DNA of 64,000 bases, taken from assembly GCA_963747235.1 (NCBI GenBank), contig CAVVEU010000004.1, forward strand, positions 128,001 to 192,000, written 5' to 3'. The translations under genes and the position numbers were made by a program. Of this stretch, positions 9,757-25,010 are shown in pieces; position 1 is the first letter of the stretch, and every line of letters starts with the position of its first letter. A model generated the notes under the pieces. It saw only the letters and a program-made list of their open reading frames with translations. It did no database searches and had not been told where the DNA came from. This stretch comes from an uncultured Candidatus Rokubacteria bacterium. GTDB taxonomy: Bacteria > Methylomirabilota > Methylomirabilia > Rokubacteriales > CSP1-6.

Positions 9757-11279
9757 GCGCCCAGGTGATCCGCAAGCTGCGGCCGGCCACTACCGCGCCT
9801 ACACCCCGCGCCCCTTCACGCGCGCCGAGCGTGATTCGGTGACGATCCTCTTCGGCGGCCTGCACTGGCGCGTCGAGCGGATCCTGCAGGCGGTGCTGGA
9901 GAGCGGCGGGCACAAGGCGCAGGTCTTGCCCGTGGCCACCAGGGACGACCTCCTCACCGGCCGCGAGGTCGCCGACATCGGCCAGTGCTGCCCGACCAGC
10001 TTCACCACCGGCAACCTGGTCAACTTCCTCAAGAAGGAAGCGAAGGCGACCAGCCCCGAGGACGTCAACAAGAAGTTCGTCTATCTCACGGCCGGCTCGT
10101 GCGGGGCCTGCCGCTTCGGCCAGTATCACCAGAGCTACGAGCTGGCCCTGCGCAACTCCGGGCTCGACGCCTTCCGCATGTTCCTGCTCGCCCAGGACCA
10201 GCTCGACCAGAAGGCGGCGATGGGCGACGGGCTCGATCTCAACCTGCCGGTCACGCTGGGATGCCTCTGGGCGATCTTCTGCACGGACCTGGTGCAGGAC
10301 CTCGAGTACCAGGTGCGGCCGTATGAAGTCGTGCCCGGCCAGACCGAGGCGGTGGTCAAGGAGTCGGTGGAGCTGCTCTACGAGGCGTTCCGGAACCGGC
10401 CCACGCGCGGGCCGTGGCAGTCGGTCCTGCTGGTTCCTGACCACCGGTTACTTCGTGCGCGTCATGAAGCGTATCCGTACGAATTTCGCCGCGATCGAGG
10501 TCGACCGGCTGCGGGTGAAGCCGACCGTGAAGATCACCGGCGAGTTCTACCTCCAGACCGTCGAGGGCGATCCCAACTACAACATCCACCGCTGGCTCGA
10601 GGCGGAAGGCGCCGAGGTCTATCCGGCCGGCATCACGGTGTGGATGGACTACCTGCTGCGCCTGGGCCTGCAGCGCTTCGAGGACTACTCGGGCATCGAG
10701 AAGGGCGCGCGGCTGAAGCTCGGCGCTGGGTCGCGCCGTGCAGGCGATCTACCGGGGCGTGGTCGACCGGCTCCGCCGGGCCATGGGCAACCTGCCCCGG
10801 GCCATCCCGCATCAGCTCGAGCTGCGGCGGCTGGCCGCGCCCTACTTCCACAGCCGGCTGGACGGCGGCGAGGGCGACATGCTGGTCGGCAAGGCGATCT
10901 GGGCGCACCAGAAGAAGAAGGCCCACATGATCTGCGAGCTCTCGCCCTACTCCTGCATGCCCAACACGATGTCCATCGGCGCGATGGCGGGCGTGCTCGG
11001 CAAGTATCCCCGACCTGCTCTACGCCCCGCTCGAGATCAAGGGCGACGCCGAGGTGCACGCGCTCTCGCGCTGCCAGATGATCCTGACCGAGGCCAAGAA
11101 GCGCGCCCAGCGCGAGTTCGACGAGGCGCTCGAGCGGAGCGGCATGACGCTCGAGCAGGTGCGCGCCTACCTGGACGCGCACCCGAAGATGAAGCGCGCG
11201 ACCTACCGCGTGCCCCACATGGGCTGCGCGGGCCAGGCCGCCAACCTGGTCCTGCACGTCGGCGCAGAAGGCGCGGTAA
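9737..11279 (+). CDS. 2-hydroxyacyl-CoA dehydratase-like [4Fe-4S] subunit, PlsR-like (several frameshifts)
   Basis: QCCPTSFTTGN, AGSCGACRFGQY, KITGEFY...NYNIHRWLEAEGAEV, GGEGDML, SPYSCMPN assembled from ORFs 9737, 10323, 10738 and 11054; AAGGAGG RBS; TAATG overlap at 11277-11281. Confidence 0.8.
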
Positions 11280-13484
11280 TGAAGCTCATCGGGATGGACG
11301 TCGGCTCCACCACGCGTCAAAGCGGTCGCGCGAGTGACCGAGGAGTCGGGCGCGCAGGTGCGTCACTGGCAGGACTACCAGCGGCACAACACGCGCCAGG
11401 CGGAGAAGGTGCTCGAGTTCCTCGGGCGCATGGAGGAGGAGGCGCAGGTCGTGGCGGGCCGCGATCGCGTCTTCTTCACCGGCTCGGGCGCGGGCCTGCT
11501 GGGCCCGCTGGTCGGCGCCAAGATGATCCAGGAAGTGGTGGCGGTCGCCGCGTGCGTCGAGCGGCTGCACCCGGACGTGCGCTTCGTGTCCGAGATCGGC
11601 GGCGAGGACATGAAGACGATCTTCTTCACGCGCGACCGGCACCGGCCGCTCCAAGCAGGTCTACATGCAGTCGGCGTGCAGCGGCGGCACCGGGACGTTC
11701 ATCGAGAAGACCGCGCGCAAGCTCCAGGTGGCGAGCGAGCAGCTCGCGGCCCTGCCGTACGCGGGCATGAGCCTGCACAAGGTCAGCAGCAAGTGCGGCA
11801 TCTTCGCCGAGACCGACGCCAACACGCTCGTGAAGACCGGCGTGCCGGTCGAGGAGATCATCGCGAGCCTCTTCGAGGCGGTGGTGTACCAGAACCTCGC
11901 CACGCTGACCAAGGGCAATACCCCGGCGCCCGAGGTGCTGCTGCTGGGCGGCCCGAACCTCTTCTTCAAGGGGCTGCAGGAGGCCTGGCGGCACCACCTG
12001 GGCAAGCTGTGGGAGCAGCGGAAGCTCGCGCTGCCCGAGGGGCGCGATCCGGCCTCGCTGATCACGGTGCCGGCGGAGGCGCTCTACTACGCCTGTCTCG
12101 GCTGCGTGGAGATCGGCGCGGGCGAGGCCGACGGCGTCGCGGTCTACGAGGGCCGCGACCGGCTGCGCTGGTGGGTGGAGGAGGGCCAGCAGGAGGAGAA
12201 GGCCAAGGCGGGCGGCGCGCGCGCTCGTGGCCTGCGCGGAGGATCTCACCTCGTTCGTGGCCGAGTTCGACCTCAAGCGCTCCGCGTCCGCGCGGGCCGC
12301 GGCGGAGCTGGCGGGCCCGGTGCTGGTCGGCTGCGACTTCGGCAGCACCACCGCCAAGGCGGTCGTGCTCTCGCCCGCGCGCGAGCTGCTCTTCACCTGC
12401 TACGCGCTCTCCAAGGGCAACCCGATCGAGGACGCCCAGTCGCTCTTCCGCCAGGTCCGCGAGGCCGGGCTACACCGAGGTCGGCGGGCTCGCGCTCACC
12501 GGCTACGGCAAGGATCTTCTGAAGGACATCGTCGGCGCCGACGTGGCGGTGGTGGAGACGGTGGCCCACGCCACCGGCACGCTGCACTTCCACCCCGACG
12601 CCGACGTGATCTGCGACGTGGGCGGCACCGACGTCAAGATCATGATCCTGCGCCAGGGCACGGTGGCCGACTTCCGGCTGAACTCGCAGTGCTCCTCCGG
12701 CAACGGCGCGTTCCTGCAGGGCGTGGCCGAGCGCTACGCGATCCCGCTCGAGGCCTACGCCGAGAAGGCCTTCGCGGCCAAGGCGATGCCGCACGCTCGC
12801 GATGGGCTGCGGCGTGTTCCTCCAGTCCGACATCGTCAACCAGCAGCGCAAGGGCTGGGCCGCCGAGGAGATCATGGCCGCGCTGGCCGCGGTGCTGCCG
12901 ATCAACGTCTGGATCTACGCCGGCCAGCTCCAGAACCTCCGCGCGGTGGGGCGCAAGTTCGTGCTGCAGGGCGGCACCCATCGCAACATGGCGGTGGTGA
13001 AGGCCCAGGTGGACTTCATCCGCGGCAAGGTGCCGGAGGCCGACGTGGTGCTGCATCCGTACTCGGGCGAGGCGGGCGCCATCGGCGCCGCGCTGTGCGC
13101 GGCCGACTGGCGCGAAGGGGGCGGCGGGCGCGCGAGCCGCTTCCGCGGCTTCGAGGCCATCGCGGCGCTCGACCTACACGAGCACGACCGCGGCCGACAC
13201 GGTCTGCAAGTGGTGCCCGATCAACTGCACGCGCACCTTCATCGACGTGCAGCTGCCCGGGCGCCACGGGACGGCCGTGGAGCAAGCTGCCCCTGGCCGC
13301 GGGCTGGGAGCGCGTCATCAGCGGCAACTCCTGCCCGAAGGGGCTGGTCGAGGACGTGAACGAGCTGCGCGAGGTGAAGGCGAAGCTGGAGGAGGTCAAG
13401 CGTGACTACCCTAACGTTGCCGAGATGGTTCGGAAGGACGCGTTCCGCCGCTCCCGCGCCGGATCCGAGGCCGTCGCGGGCTAA
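11279..13484 (+). CDS. Tandem BcrAD/BadFG (ASKHA) ATPase activase, PlsA activation-domain-like (several frameshifts)
   Basis: Two ATPase repeats: GMDVGSTT / TGSG / EIGGED / CSGGTG / KCGIFAETD and GCDFGSTT / TGYG / DVGGTD / CSSGNG / GCGVFLQSD; C-terminal CKWCPINC...SGNSCPKG. Confidence 0.88.
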
Positions 13485-14627
13485 GCTCCGGATCGGGATT
13501 CCGCGCGTCCTGAACCTCTGGTCCACCCATCAGTTCTGGGTGGGCTTCTTCGGCGAGCTGGGGGTCGAGGCGCGCCAGCTCGTCTTCTCCTCCGACACCT
13601 CGGAGGAGCAGGGGCGGCAGTTCGGCAAGGGCCGGGGCACGGTGGACTGCTGCTACCCGGTCAAGTGCATCGCCGGCCACTACGGCGAGCTGATCTTCGG
13701 CCAGCGCGAGAAGCTCGACATCCTCTTCTCGCCGATGATCTACAACCTGCCCTCGTTCCTCTCCGGCCACGTGGCGCGCACGCTGACCTGCCCGCGCGTC
13801 ATGGCCGCGCCCGAGAACATCAAGGCCGGCTTCATGAAGGAGCGCGACGTCTTCGCCGAGCAGGGCATCCGCTACGCCGCCCCGTTCGTCTCGCTCGACG
13901 AGCCGCGGCTCGTGCCCAAGCAGCTCTGGGAGGGGCTCGACGGCGTGATCCCCGGCGCTGACCGCCGAGGAGACGGCCGGGGCGGTGGAGGCGGGCTACC
14001 GCGCCCTGGCCGAGTTCAACGCGCGCCTGCGGCGCAAGGGCCGAGAAGTCCTCGAGTGGTGCGCGCGCGAGAACCGCGGGTGCCTGATGGTCCTGGCCCG
14101 GCCCTACCACATGGATCCGGGCATCGGCCACGAGATCGAGGTGGATCTGCAGGCCTACGGCTACCCGGTGCTGTGGGCGCAGTACTTCCCGATCGACGAC
14201 GACCTGATGCAGTGGGCCTTCGGCCCGGACATCCGGGCCGGCCACATCAAGTCGCCCTTCGACATCCGTGACGTGTGGCCGTCTTCTTACAGCAGCAACA
14301 CCAACGAGATCCTGTGGGGCGCCAAGGCGGCCGCGCGGATGCCGTGGGTCGCCTGCGTGGTGCGCCTGGCCAGCTACGAGTGCGGCATGGACCAGCCGAC
14401 CTACACGCCGGTGCAGCAGATCGTGGAGCGCTCCGGCACGCTCTTCTTCTCCTTCCAGGACCTGGACTCGACCAAGCCGGCCGGATCGGTGAAGATCCGG
14501 GTGGAGACCATCGCCCACTACCTCGAGAAGTACGCGGGCGACATCATCGACAAGAAGAAGGCGGCCATGGGCGCCCGGCTGCCCGCTGCTGCCCCGGGCG
14601 GCGGAGGTATCTTTGACAGGGGTTTAG
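13402..14627 (+). CDS. Acyl-CoA dehydratase activase-related (DUF2229-type) [4Fe-4S] subunit (frameshifts near 13955 and 14570; start and end approximate)
   Basis: RIGIPRVLN...FFGELG, CCYPVK, TCPRV, LARPYHMD, SYECGMD, GSVKIRVET. Confidence 0.8.
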
Positions 14628-14642
14628 CCCCCGGCCTACACT
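14613..14642 (+). promoter_or_regulatory. sigma70-type promoter of the histidine kinase operon
   Basis: TTGACA (14613-14618), 18-nt spacer, TACACT (14637-14642), 11 nt before ATG 14654. Confidence 0.75.
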
Positions 14643-14653
14643 CGCCGGATACG

Positions 14654-17526
<2,873 letters not shown>

Positions 17527-17542
<16 letters not shown>

Positions 17543-17924
17543 TCCTGATCGTCGAGGACAACGAGAAGAACCGGAAGCTGGAGCGCGACATCCTCCAGTT
17601 CCACGGCTACCGGACCGCGGAGGCCGAGAACGCGGAGGACGGGATCGCGCTGGCGCAGGCCACCCCGCCCGCCCTGGTCCTCATGGACATCCAGCTCCCG
17701 CGCATGAACGGGATCGAGGCGCTCCAGGTCCTGCGATCCGACGCGCGGACGCGGGCCATCCCGGTGATCGCGGTGACCGCCTCGGCCATGACCCAGGACC
17801 GGCAGAAGATCATGGCCGCGGGCTTCGACGGCTACCAGGCCAAGCCCATCGACGTGACCCAGTTCGTGGCCGCGGTGCGCGCGATGCTGGATCGCCCCGC
17901 GCAAGGGTCGAGCCCGCGCGGTGA
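17527..17924 (+). CDS. Single-domain response regulator (DivK-like); end approximate
   Basis: ILIVEDN, LMDIQLPRMNG, IAVTASAM, AKPID. Confidence 0.88.
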
Positions 17925-19017
17925 GCGAGCCGGCCCGCATCCTGGTGGTGGACGACACCCCGATGAACGTCAAGCTGCTCGAGGGCGTGCTCGTCGGCCA
18001 CGGCTACGCGGTGATCACCGCGTCCGTCCGGCGCGATCGCCCTGGAGCGGGTGCGGGCCGAGCAGCCGGATCTCGTCCTCCTGGACGTGGTGATGCCGGA
18101 GATGAGCGGCTACGAGGTCTGCCGGCGGCTGCGGGCCGACGAGGCGACGCGGCTCCTGCCGATCGTCATGGTGACCGCGCTCGATCCGGCGACGGAGCGG
18201 GTCAAGGGCATCGAGGTGGGCGCCGACGACTTCCTGACGCAAGCCGATCAACCAGCCCGAGCTGCTGGCCCGCGTGCGCTCGCTGCTGCGCATCCGCGCG
18301 CTGCACCAGGAGCTCGAGGAGCTGAACCGGACGCTCGAGCAGCGCGTGCGGGACCAGGTGGCCCAGCTCGAGCGCCTGGGGCGCCTGCGCCGCTTCTTCT
18401 CGCCCCAGCTCGCCGAGCTGATCGTGGCCGGCGACACCGAGGACCCGCTCAAGAGCCATCGCCGGGAGATCACGGTGGTCTTCCTCGATCTGCGCGGCTT
18501 CACCGCGTTCGCGGAGACCGCCGAGCCGGAAGAGGTCATGACCGTGCTGCGCGAGTACCACGGGGAGATGGGCCGGCTGATCGTGGCCGCGGAGGGCACG
18601 CTCGAGCGCTTCGCGGGCGACGGCATGATGATCTTCTTCAACGACCCGGTGGAGGTCCCCGACCCGGCGGTGCGGGCCGTCCGCATGGCCGGCGCGATGC
18701 GCGAGCGCATCGCCACGCTGACCGGCGCCTGGCGCAAGCGCGGCTTCGATCTCGACTTCGGGGTGGGCATCGCGCAGGGCTACGCCACCATCGGCGCGGT
18801 CGGCTTCGAGGGCCGCCTCGACTACGGCGCCATCGGCACCGTGACCAACCTCGCCTCGCGGCTCTGCGGCGAGGCCAAGCCGGGGCAGATCCTGCTCTCG
18901 CAGCGGGTGGCGGGCGGGGTGGAGGAGATCGCGGAGGTCGAGACCGTCGGCGAGCTCACCCTGAAGGGCTTCCAGCGGCCGGTGAAGGCCTTCAACGTCG
19001 TGCGCCTGAAGGAATGA
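17921..19017 (+). CDS. Receiver domain plus class III adenylate/guanylate cyclase (two frameshifts)
   Basis: ILVVDDT, LLDVVMP; cyclase motifs FLDLRGFT, FAGDGMM, YGAIGTVTNLASRL, LKGF. Confidence 0.88.
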
Positions 19018-20016
19018 AGTTGTCGACGGATCGCCGAGGTTCCTGAGTGCGCTGGCGTCCGGGACTCTCGTCGCGCCGCGCGCTGCTTCGGCTCAGTCGC
19101 CGGCCGCGAAGACGGTCAAGGTCGGGCGTGCTCCGGAACGCGCCGGATGGTCCCGTCTTCCGGCAGAACTTCGGCTGGGTTCCGGCGGGCCCTCCACGAG
19201 ATCGGGCTCGTCGAGGGCGAGGGGCTCGTCATCGAGTACCGCGTGCGCGCGGGCACCGCCGAGGAGATCGCCGCGTTGGCCGGAGAGCTGTCACGCCTCC
19301 GGATGAACGCGATCGTGGCGATCGGGCCGGCGTCGGTGCGGGCCGCCGCCGACGCGACGAGAGTCGATACCGATCGTGGCGGTGGATCTGGAATCGGATC
19401 CGATCGCCGAGAAGTTCGTGACCGGTCTCGCCCGGCCCGGGGGGAACGTCACCGGGCTCTTCCTGGATTTCCCGGAGCTGAGCGGGAAGTGGATCGAGCT
19501 CCTGAGGGAGATGGTCCCGCGGCTCTCACGGGTCACGGTGGCCTGGGATCCCTCCACGCCCCACGAACCTGCTCCGGGGCGCCGAGGCGGCGGCCCGGAC
19601 GCTGCGGGTCGATCTCGCGTCGGTGGAGATCCCGGGACCCGAGGCGCTCGCCGCCGCCTTCCGCACGGCCGCCGGCACCCGGGGTGGCGCGATGGTCGTG
19701 CTGCCCTCGCCCGTGGTCAACTCGGCGCGGCGGGAGATCGTCGCGATGGCCGCGAAGCATCGCGTCCCCACGATCATGGCGTTTCCCGAGTTCGCCGAGG
19801 AGGGCGGGCTGATCGCCTACGGTCCCGAACGTCCCCGCCATGTTCCGGCAGGCGGGCGACGTGATGGCGAAGGTTCTGCGCGGAACGTCGCCGGCCGAGA
19901 TCCCGATCGAGCGGCCGGCGCGCTTCGAGCTGATCGTGAATCGAAAGACCGCCGCGAGCCTCGGGCTGACCGTGCCGCGCTCGCTGCTCGCGCGGGCAGA
20001 CACGGTGATCGAGTGA
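19014..20016 (+). CDS. Orphan ABC-type substrate-binding protein (ABC_sub_bind type), multiple frameshifts
   Basis: GLVEGEGLVIEYR, LARPGGNVTG, GGLIAYGP, PIERPARFELIVNRKTA, LLARADTVIE*. Confidence 0.8.
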
Positions 20017-20992
20017 AGCGCGTCTGCGTGGTCGGCGCGGGCGCCATCGGCACGTTCCTCGGCACGTACCTGGCCCGGACCGGCGCGGACGTCTCGGTCC
20101 TCGCGCGCGGGGAAGACCGCGGCCGCGCTGCGCGCCCACGGCTTCCGGTTCGAGGAAGGCGGCGCGCGACTCACCGCGCCGGTGCGCGTGGCGGAGGAGA
20201 CGGCCGCGCTCGGGCCTCAGGATCTGGTTGTCCTCGCGGTGAAGGGGCCGTCGCTGCCGGGCCTCGCCCCGGCGATCCGGCCGCTGCTGGGCCCGGAGAC
20301 CGTGGTGCTCACCGCGATGAACGGGGTGCCGTGGTGGTTCTTCCACGGCCTCGGCGGGCCCCACGAGGGCGCCGCGGTCCAGGCGGTGGACCCGGACGGC
20401 GGGATCGCGGCCGCGATCCCGGTGCGGCACGTGATCGGCTGCGTGGTGCACGCCACCTGCTCGGTGCGGGAGCCGGGCCTGGTGAAACACGGCTTCGGCC
20501 GCGGCCTGATCGTGGGCGAGCCCACCGGCGGCGCGTCGGGCCGGCTGAGCGCGCTGGCCGATCGGCTGACCGCGGCCGGCTTCGAGACCACGGTCAGCAC
20601 AGCGCATCCAGGCCGACGTCTGGTACAAGCTGTGGGGCAACATGACCATGAACCCGATGTCCGCGCTGACCGGCGCCACCTGCGACCGCCTCCTCGACGA
20701 TCCGCTGCTCGACCGCTTCACGCTCGCGATCATGGCGGAGGCGGCGGCCATCGGCGACCGCATCGGCTGCCCGATTCACCAGAGCGGCGAGGAGCGCAAC
20801 GCGGTGACGCGCAAGCTCGGCGCGTTCAAGACCTCCATGCTGCAGGACGTGGAGGCGGGCAAGCCGCTCGAGATCGACGGGCTCCTCACCGCGGTGAGCG
20901 AGATCGGCCGGCGCGTGAGCGTGCCCACGCCCAGCACCGACGCGCTGCTCGGCCTCACCCGGGTCTTCGCGGCCGGGCGGGGGCTCTACTAG
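20013..20992 (+). CDS. Ketopantoate reductase (PanE/ApbA) family protein (two frameshifts)
   Basis: VVGAGAIG, AMNGVPWW, WYKLWGN, KTSMLQD...LEID. Confidence 0.85.
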
Positions 20993-20993
20993 C

Positions 20994-22115
20994 ATGGCGC
21001 CGCCCCGCGCGCCGTTCCGCGCCGACCACGTGGGCAGCCTGCTGCGGCCGCCCGCGCTCAAGGCGCTGCGCCTCGAGCGGGACTCGGGCCGCGCGACCGC
21101 GGCCGAGCTGGCCGCCGCCGAGGACACCGCGATCCTCGGGGCGGTGCGTCTTCAGGAGGAAGCCGGGCTCCTGGGCGTGACGGACGGCGAGATGCGCCGC
21201 AAGTCCTGGCACATGGACTTCCTCACCCGGCTGGGCGGTCTCGTCAGCGAGGGCAAGCAGCTCCCGGTGACCTTCCACGGCCGCGCGGGCGACGTGAACT
21301 TCACGCGGCCCGACCTGCGCATCGCCTCGCGCGTCGGGCGCCCGGCGCCGATCTTCGTGGACGCGTTCCGGTTTCTCCGATCGGCCACCTGCGCGCACCG
21401 CCAAGCTGACGATCCCGTCGCCCTGCATGCTCTACTCCCAGGTGGGGCGCGCCAACATCGACCGGGCGGTGTACCCGGATCTCGACGGCTTCGTGGAGGA
21501 CACCGCCGCGGCCTACCGCGCCGAGATCGCCGATCTCTACGCGGCGGGCTGCCGGTATCTCCAGCTCGACGACGTGAGCCTGGCCTATCTCTGCGACGAG
21601 GACATGCGCGCGCAGGGCCGCGCCCGCGGCGAGGACCCCGACGAGGTGCTGGCGCTGTCGGTGAAGCTGATCCAGGCCACCCTGCGCGACCGGCCGAAGG
21701 ACCTGGTGGTCTGCACGCATCTCTGCCGCGGCAACTTCCGCTCGAGCTGGCGCGCCCAGGGCGGCTACGAGAAGGTGGCGGAGGCCATCTTCAACCAGAT
21801 GCCCTACGACGGCTTCTTCCTCGAGTTCGACGACGCGCGCTCCGGGGACTTCTCGCCCCTGCGCCACGCCCCGAAGCACGTCCGGGTGGTGCTGGGCCTC
21901 GTGACCACCAAGATCGGCCGCGCTCGAGCGGAAGGCCGACCTGAGGCGTCGCCTCGACGAGGCGTCGAAGTACATCGCGCTCGACCAGCTCTGCGTGAGC
22001 CCGCAGTGCGGCTTCTCCTCGACGCTCGAGGGCAACGAGGTCACCGTCGAGCACCAGAAGGCGAAGCTCGCGCTCTGCGTCGAGCTCGCCCACGAGGTCT
22101 GGGGCGGCCTTGTAG
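20994..22115 (+). CDS. Single-barrel cobalamin-independent methionine synthase family protein (two frameshifts)
   Basis: RADHVGSLLRP, TDGEMRR, YLQLDD, Zn ligands HLCRGN, LEFD, SPQCGFSS. Confidence 0.85.
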
Positions 22116-22129
22116 TCGCGCCCCACCGA

Positions 22130-22173
22130 CCCTCTCCCCCGGGAGGGGAGAGAGCCGGTCGAGGGTGAGGGGG
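22130..22173. repeat. Degenerate REP-like palindrome
   Basis: CCCTCTCCCCC-GGGAGGGGAGAG...GAGGGTGAGGGG between convergent genes, similar to 5262-5296. Confidence 0.6.
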
Positions 22174-22182
22174 GCGGGCCGG

Positions 22183-23269
22183 TCAGTCGTCGGCGGGCAG
22201 TAGCACGCAGGCCTCGGCCGCGACCGTCACCGAGACCGGGTCGCCCGCGCGGGCGCGCGCCGGGGTGGGGCCGGTGACGCGCAGGACGACGTCGCTGCCC
22301 TCCAGCGCGATCTGGTAGTCCACCGTGTCGCCGAGGTAGCTCGCCCGCAGCACGGTGCCCGCGAGCGCGTTCGTGCCCGGCGCCGGTGTCCGCGCGCTCG
22401 GTCCGCGGGCCGAGCGCGATCAGGTGCGGCCGGATCGACACCACCGCGGGCGTCCCGGGCGTCAGGCCGTCGGCGGCCACGCGCAGCCGCAGGCGGGCCG
22501 CGCGCGACGGTGGCCGCGCCGTCGGCGACCGCGTCGATCAGGTTGGTCTTGCCGATGAACTCGGCGACGAAGCGGGTGCGCGGCCGCTCGAAGAGCTCGT
22601 GCGGCGCGCCGATCTGCTCCACGCGGCCGTTGCGGATCACCGCGGCCCGGTCCGAGATCACCATGGCCTCCGCCTGATCGTGGGTGACGTAGAGCGTGGT
22701 GATGCCGAAGCGCTCGTGCAGGCGGCGGATCTCGAAGCGCATCTCCTCGCGGAGGCTCGCGTCGAGGTTGGAGAGCGGCTCGTCCAATAACAGAATTTCG
22801 GGCTCCACCACCAGGGCGCGCGCCACCGCCACCCGCTGCTGCTGGCCGCCCGACAGCTCGCCGGGATAGCGCGCGCCGTAGCCCGCGAGCTGCACCGCCC
22901 GGAGGATCTCGTCGACCTTCCCGTCTCGCTGGGCGCGCGGCGTGTTCGCCGAAGCGCAGCCCGTAGGCCACGTTCTGCGCCACCGTCATGTGCGGCCAGA
23001 GCGCGTAGCTCTGGAAGATCATCGCCATGCGCCGCCGCTCGGGCGGGATCACGGAGCCCGGTGACGGAGAGCACGCGGTCGCCCACGCGGATCTCCCCCG
23101 CGTCCGGCGCCATGAAGCCCGCCACCAGCCGCAGCGTCGTCGTCTTGCCGCAGCCGGAGGGGCCGAGCAGGGCGACCAGCTCGCCGGGCCGCACCGTGAG
23201 GTCGAGGCCGGCCACCGCCGCGACGTCGCCGTAGCGCTTGGTGAGGCCGGTGATGACGACGCCGGGCAT
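22183..23269 (-). CDS. ABC transporter ATPase (PotA/FbpC-like with TOBE domain), several frameshifts
   Basis: Walker [46 protein letters not shown]. Confidence 0.88.
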
Positions 23270-23273
23270 GGGC

Positions 23274-24999
23274 TCAGCCCGATCCGCTCGAGGACCGCGC
23301 GCCCATGACGTCGCGGCCGAGCAGGGCCTGCATCGCCGCCACGATGGCGAAGGTCATCACGAGCATGAAGATGCCCAGCACCGCGATGGCGCCGAACTGG
23401 CCTTCTTCCTTCAGGTCGAAGATCACCACCGACATGACCTTCGTATTCGGGCTGAACAGGATGATGGAGGCCGACAGCTCCCGGATGACCCCGATGAAGA
23501 CGAAGCACCACGTGGCGATGATGCCGCTCCGGGCGAGCGGCGCGGTGATCTCGCGCAGCACGCGCAGCCGCCCCGCGCCCAGGATGCGGCCCGCTTCCTC
23601 GAGCTCGGGATGGATGCCCCGCATGGTGGCGTCGGCCTGCGAGTAGCCGACCGGCATCTCCTTGGTCAGGTAGGCGATGAAGAGGATCCAGAGCGTGCCG
23701 TAGAGCAGGAAGGGCGGCCGGGTGTAGGCGACGAAGAGCGCCACCGCGAGCACCACGCCCGGGATGACCACCGGCGAGACCGCGAGGAAGCCCAGCACCT
23801 GGTGGCCCAGCACGAGCTTCCGGTTGGTCACGTAGGCGAGCAGGGTGGCGAGTCCCGCGCCCACGCAGGCGGTGAGCACGCCCAGCTCCAGCGTGTTGAC
23901 GATCGCGGACTGGGTCGCGCTGTGGAGAAAAGTGAACGACCAGTTCTCGAGGGTGAAGTTCGCGGCCGTGAGCGGCTGCGCCCAGGCCCGCGCGAACGCG
24001 GTCTTCAGCAGGATGCCGTAGGGCAGGAACACCGCGCAGGCCAGCACGGCCAGGCAGCCCGCGAGCGCGGGCCCGCGCCAGGGCCCGAGCCGGATGATGC
24101 GCCGCTGCCCGCCCTTGCCGCCCACCGCGGCGTAGCCGCGCCGGCCGAGCAGCTTCTTCTGCGCGAGCAGCAGGAGCGCGGTGGCGAGCAGGAGCGGGAT
24201 CGAGAACGCGGCGGCCAGCTCGGCGCGCGGCGGGTACTGGAAGAACGACCACATCTGGGTCGTCACGGTGTGAAAGCCCGCGGGCAGCGCCAGGATGGCC
24301 GGCGAGCCGAAGAGGGCCAGCGCCTGCAGCACGGCCAGGATGAAGCCGCTGAGGATGGCGGGCAGCACCATCGGCAGCGTGATCGTGCGCGCCACCTGCA
24401 GGCGGCCCGCGCCCAGGATGGCCGCCGCGTCCTCGAGATCGGAGGCGATCAGGCCGAGCGTGTTGGCGATCATGATGTACACGTAGGGGAACGTGTAGAT
24501 CGCCACCACGAAGATCAGCCCCGGCATCGAGAAGATGTTGAGCAGCGGCCCCTCCGCGCCGGTGAGGCCGCGGTAGAGCTGGTTGAGATACCCCGCGTTG
24601 GGGCCGGCGAGCATCACCCACGCGAAGGCGCCCAGGAAGGGCGGCGTCACGAACGACGCCATGATCAGGCTCTGGATGATCCGGCGCCCGGGCAGATCGG
24701 TGCGGGCGGAGAGCCAGGCCATCGGCGCGCCGATCGCGAGGGCGACGAGGCCGGACCAGAAGGCGAGCACCACCGTGTTCCAGAGCGCCTTCTGCAGCGG
24801 CGGGTCCCCCAGCACGCGCGCGTAGTGGGCGAGCGTGAAGCCGCCCCGCGGGCCGGTCACGCTGATGTAGGCGAGCCAGCCCATCGGGCAGCAGGATCAG
24901 CATGACCAGGGCGGCCGCCGCGAGCAGCCAGACCGGCGCGGCGCGGTCGAGCCCTTCGAGACGGCCGGGCCTGAGCGATGCCGCCGACGCCTCCGCCAT
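23274..24999 (-). CDS. ABC transporter permease with duplicated TM domain (FbpB-like); frameshift near 24885
   Basis: Two EAA loops ([20 protein letters not shown]); about 12 hydrophobic segments. Confidence 0.9.
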
Positions 25000-25010
25000 G
25001 AGGCGGCGCG

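Noticed and set aside
11054-11340. In-frame read-through from the PlsR-like gene into the activase
   Set aside because: A TAATG stop/start overlap at 11277-11281 in an indel-rich zone favours two genes, though a real fusion is not fully excluded.
9737-14627. Class I benzoyl-CoA reductase or amino-acid fermentation dehydratase
   Set aside because: The tandem-ATPase plus DUF2229 architecture and the absence of aromatic CoA-ligase or CoA-transferase neighbours fit the PlsA-type family better.
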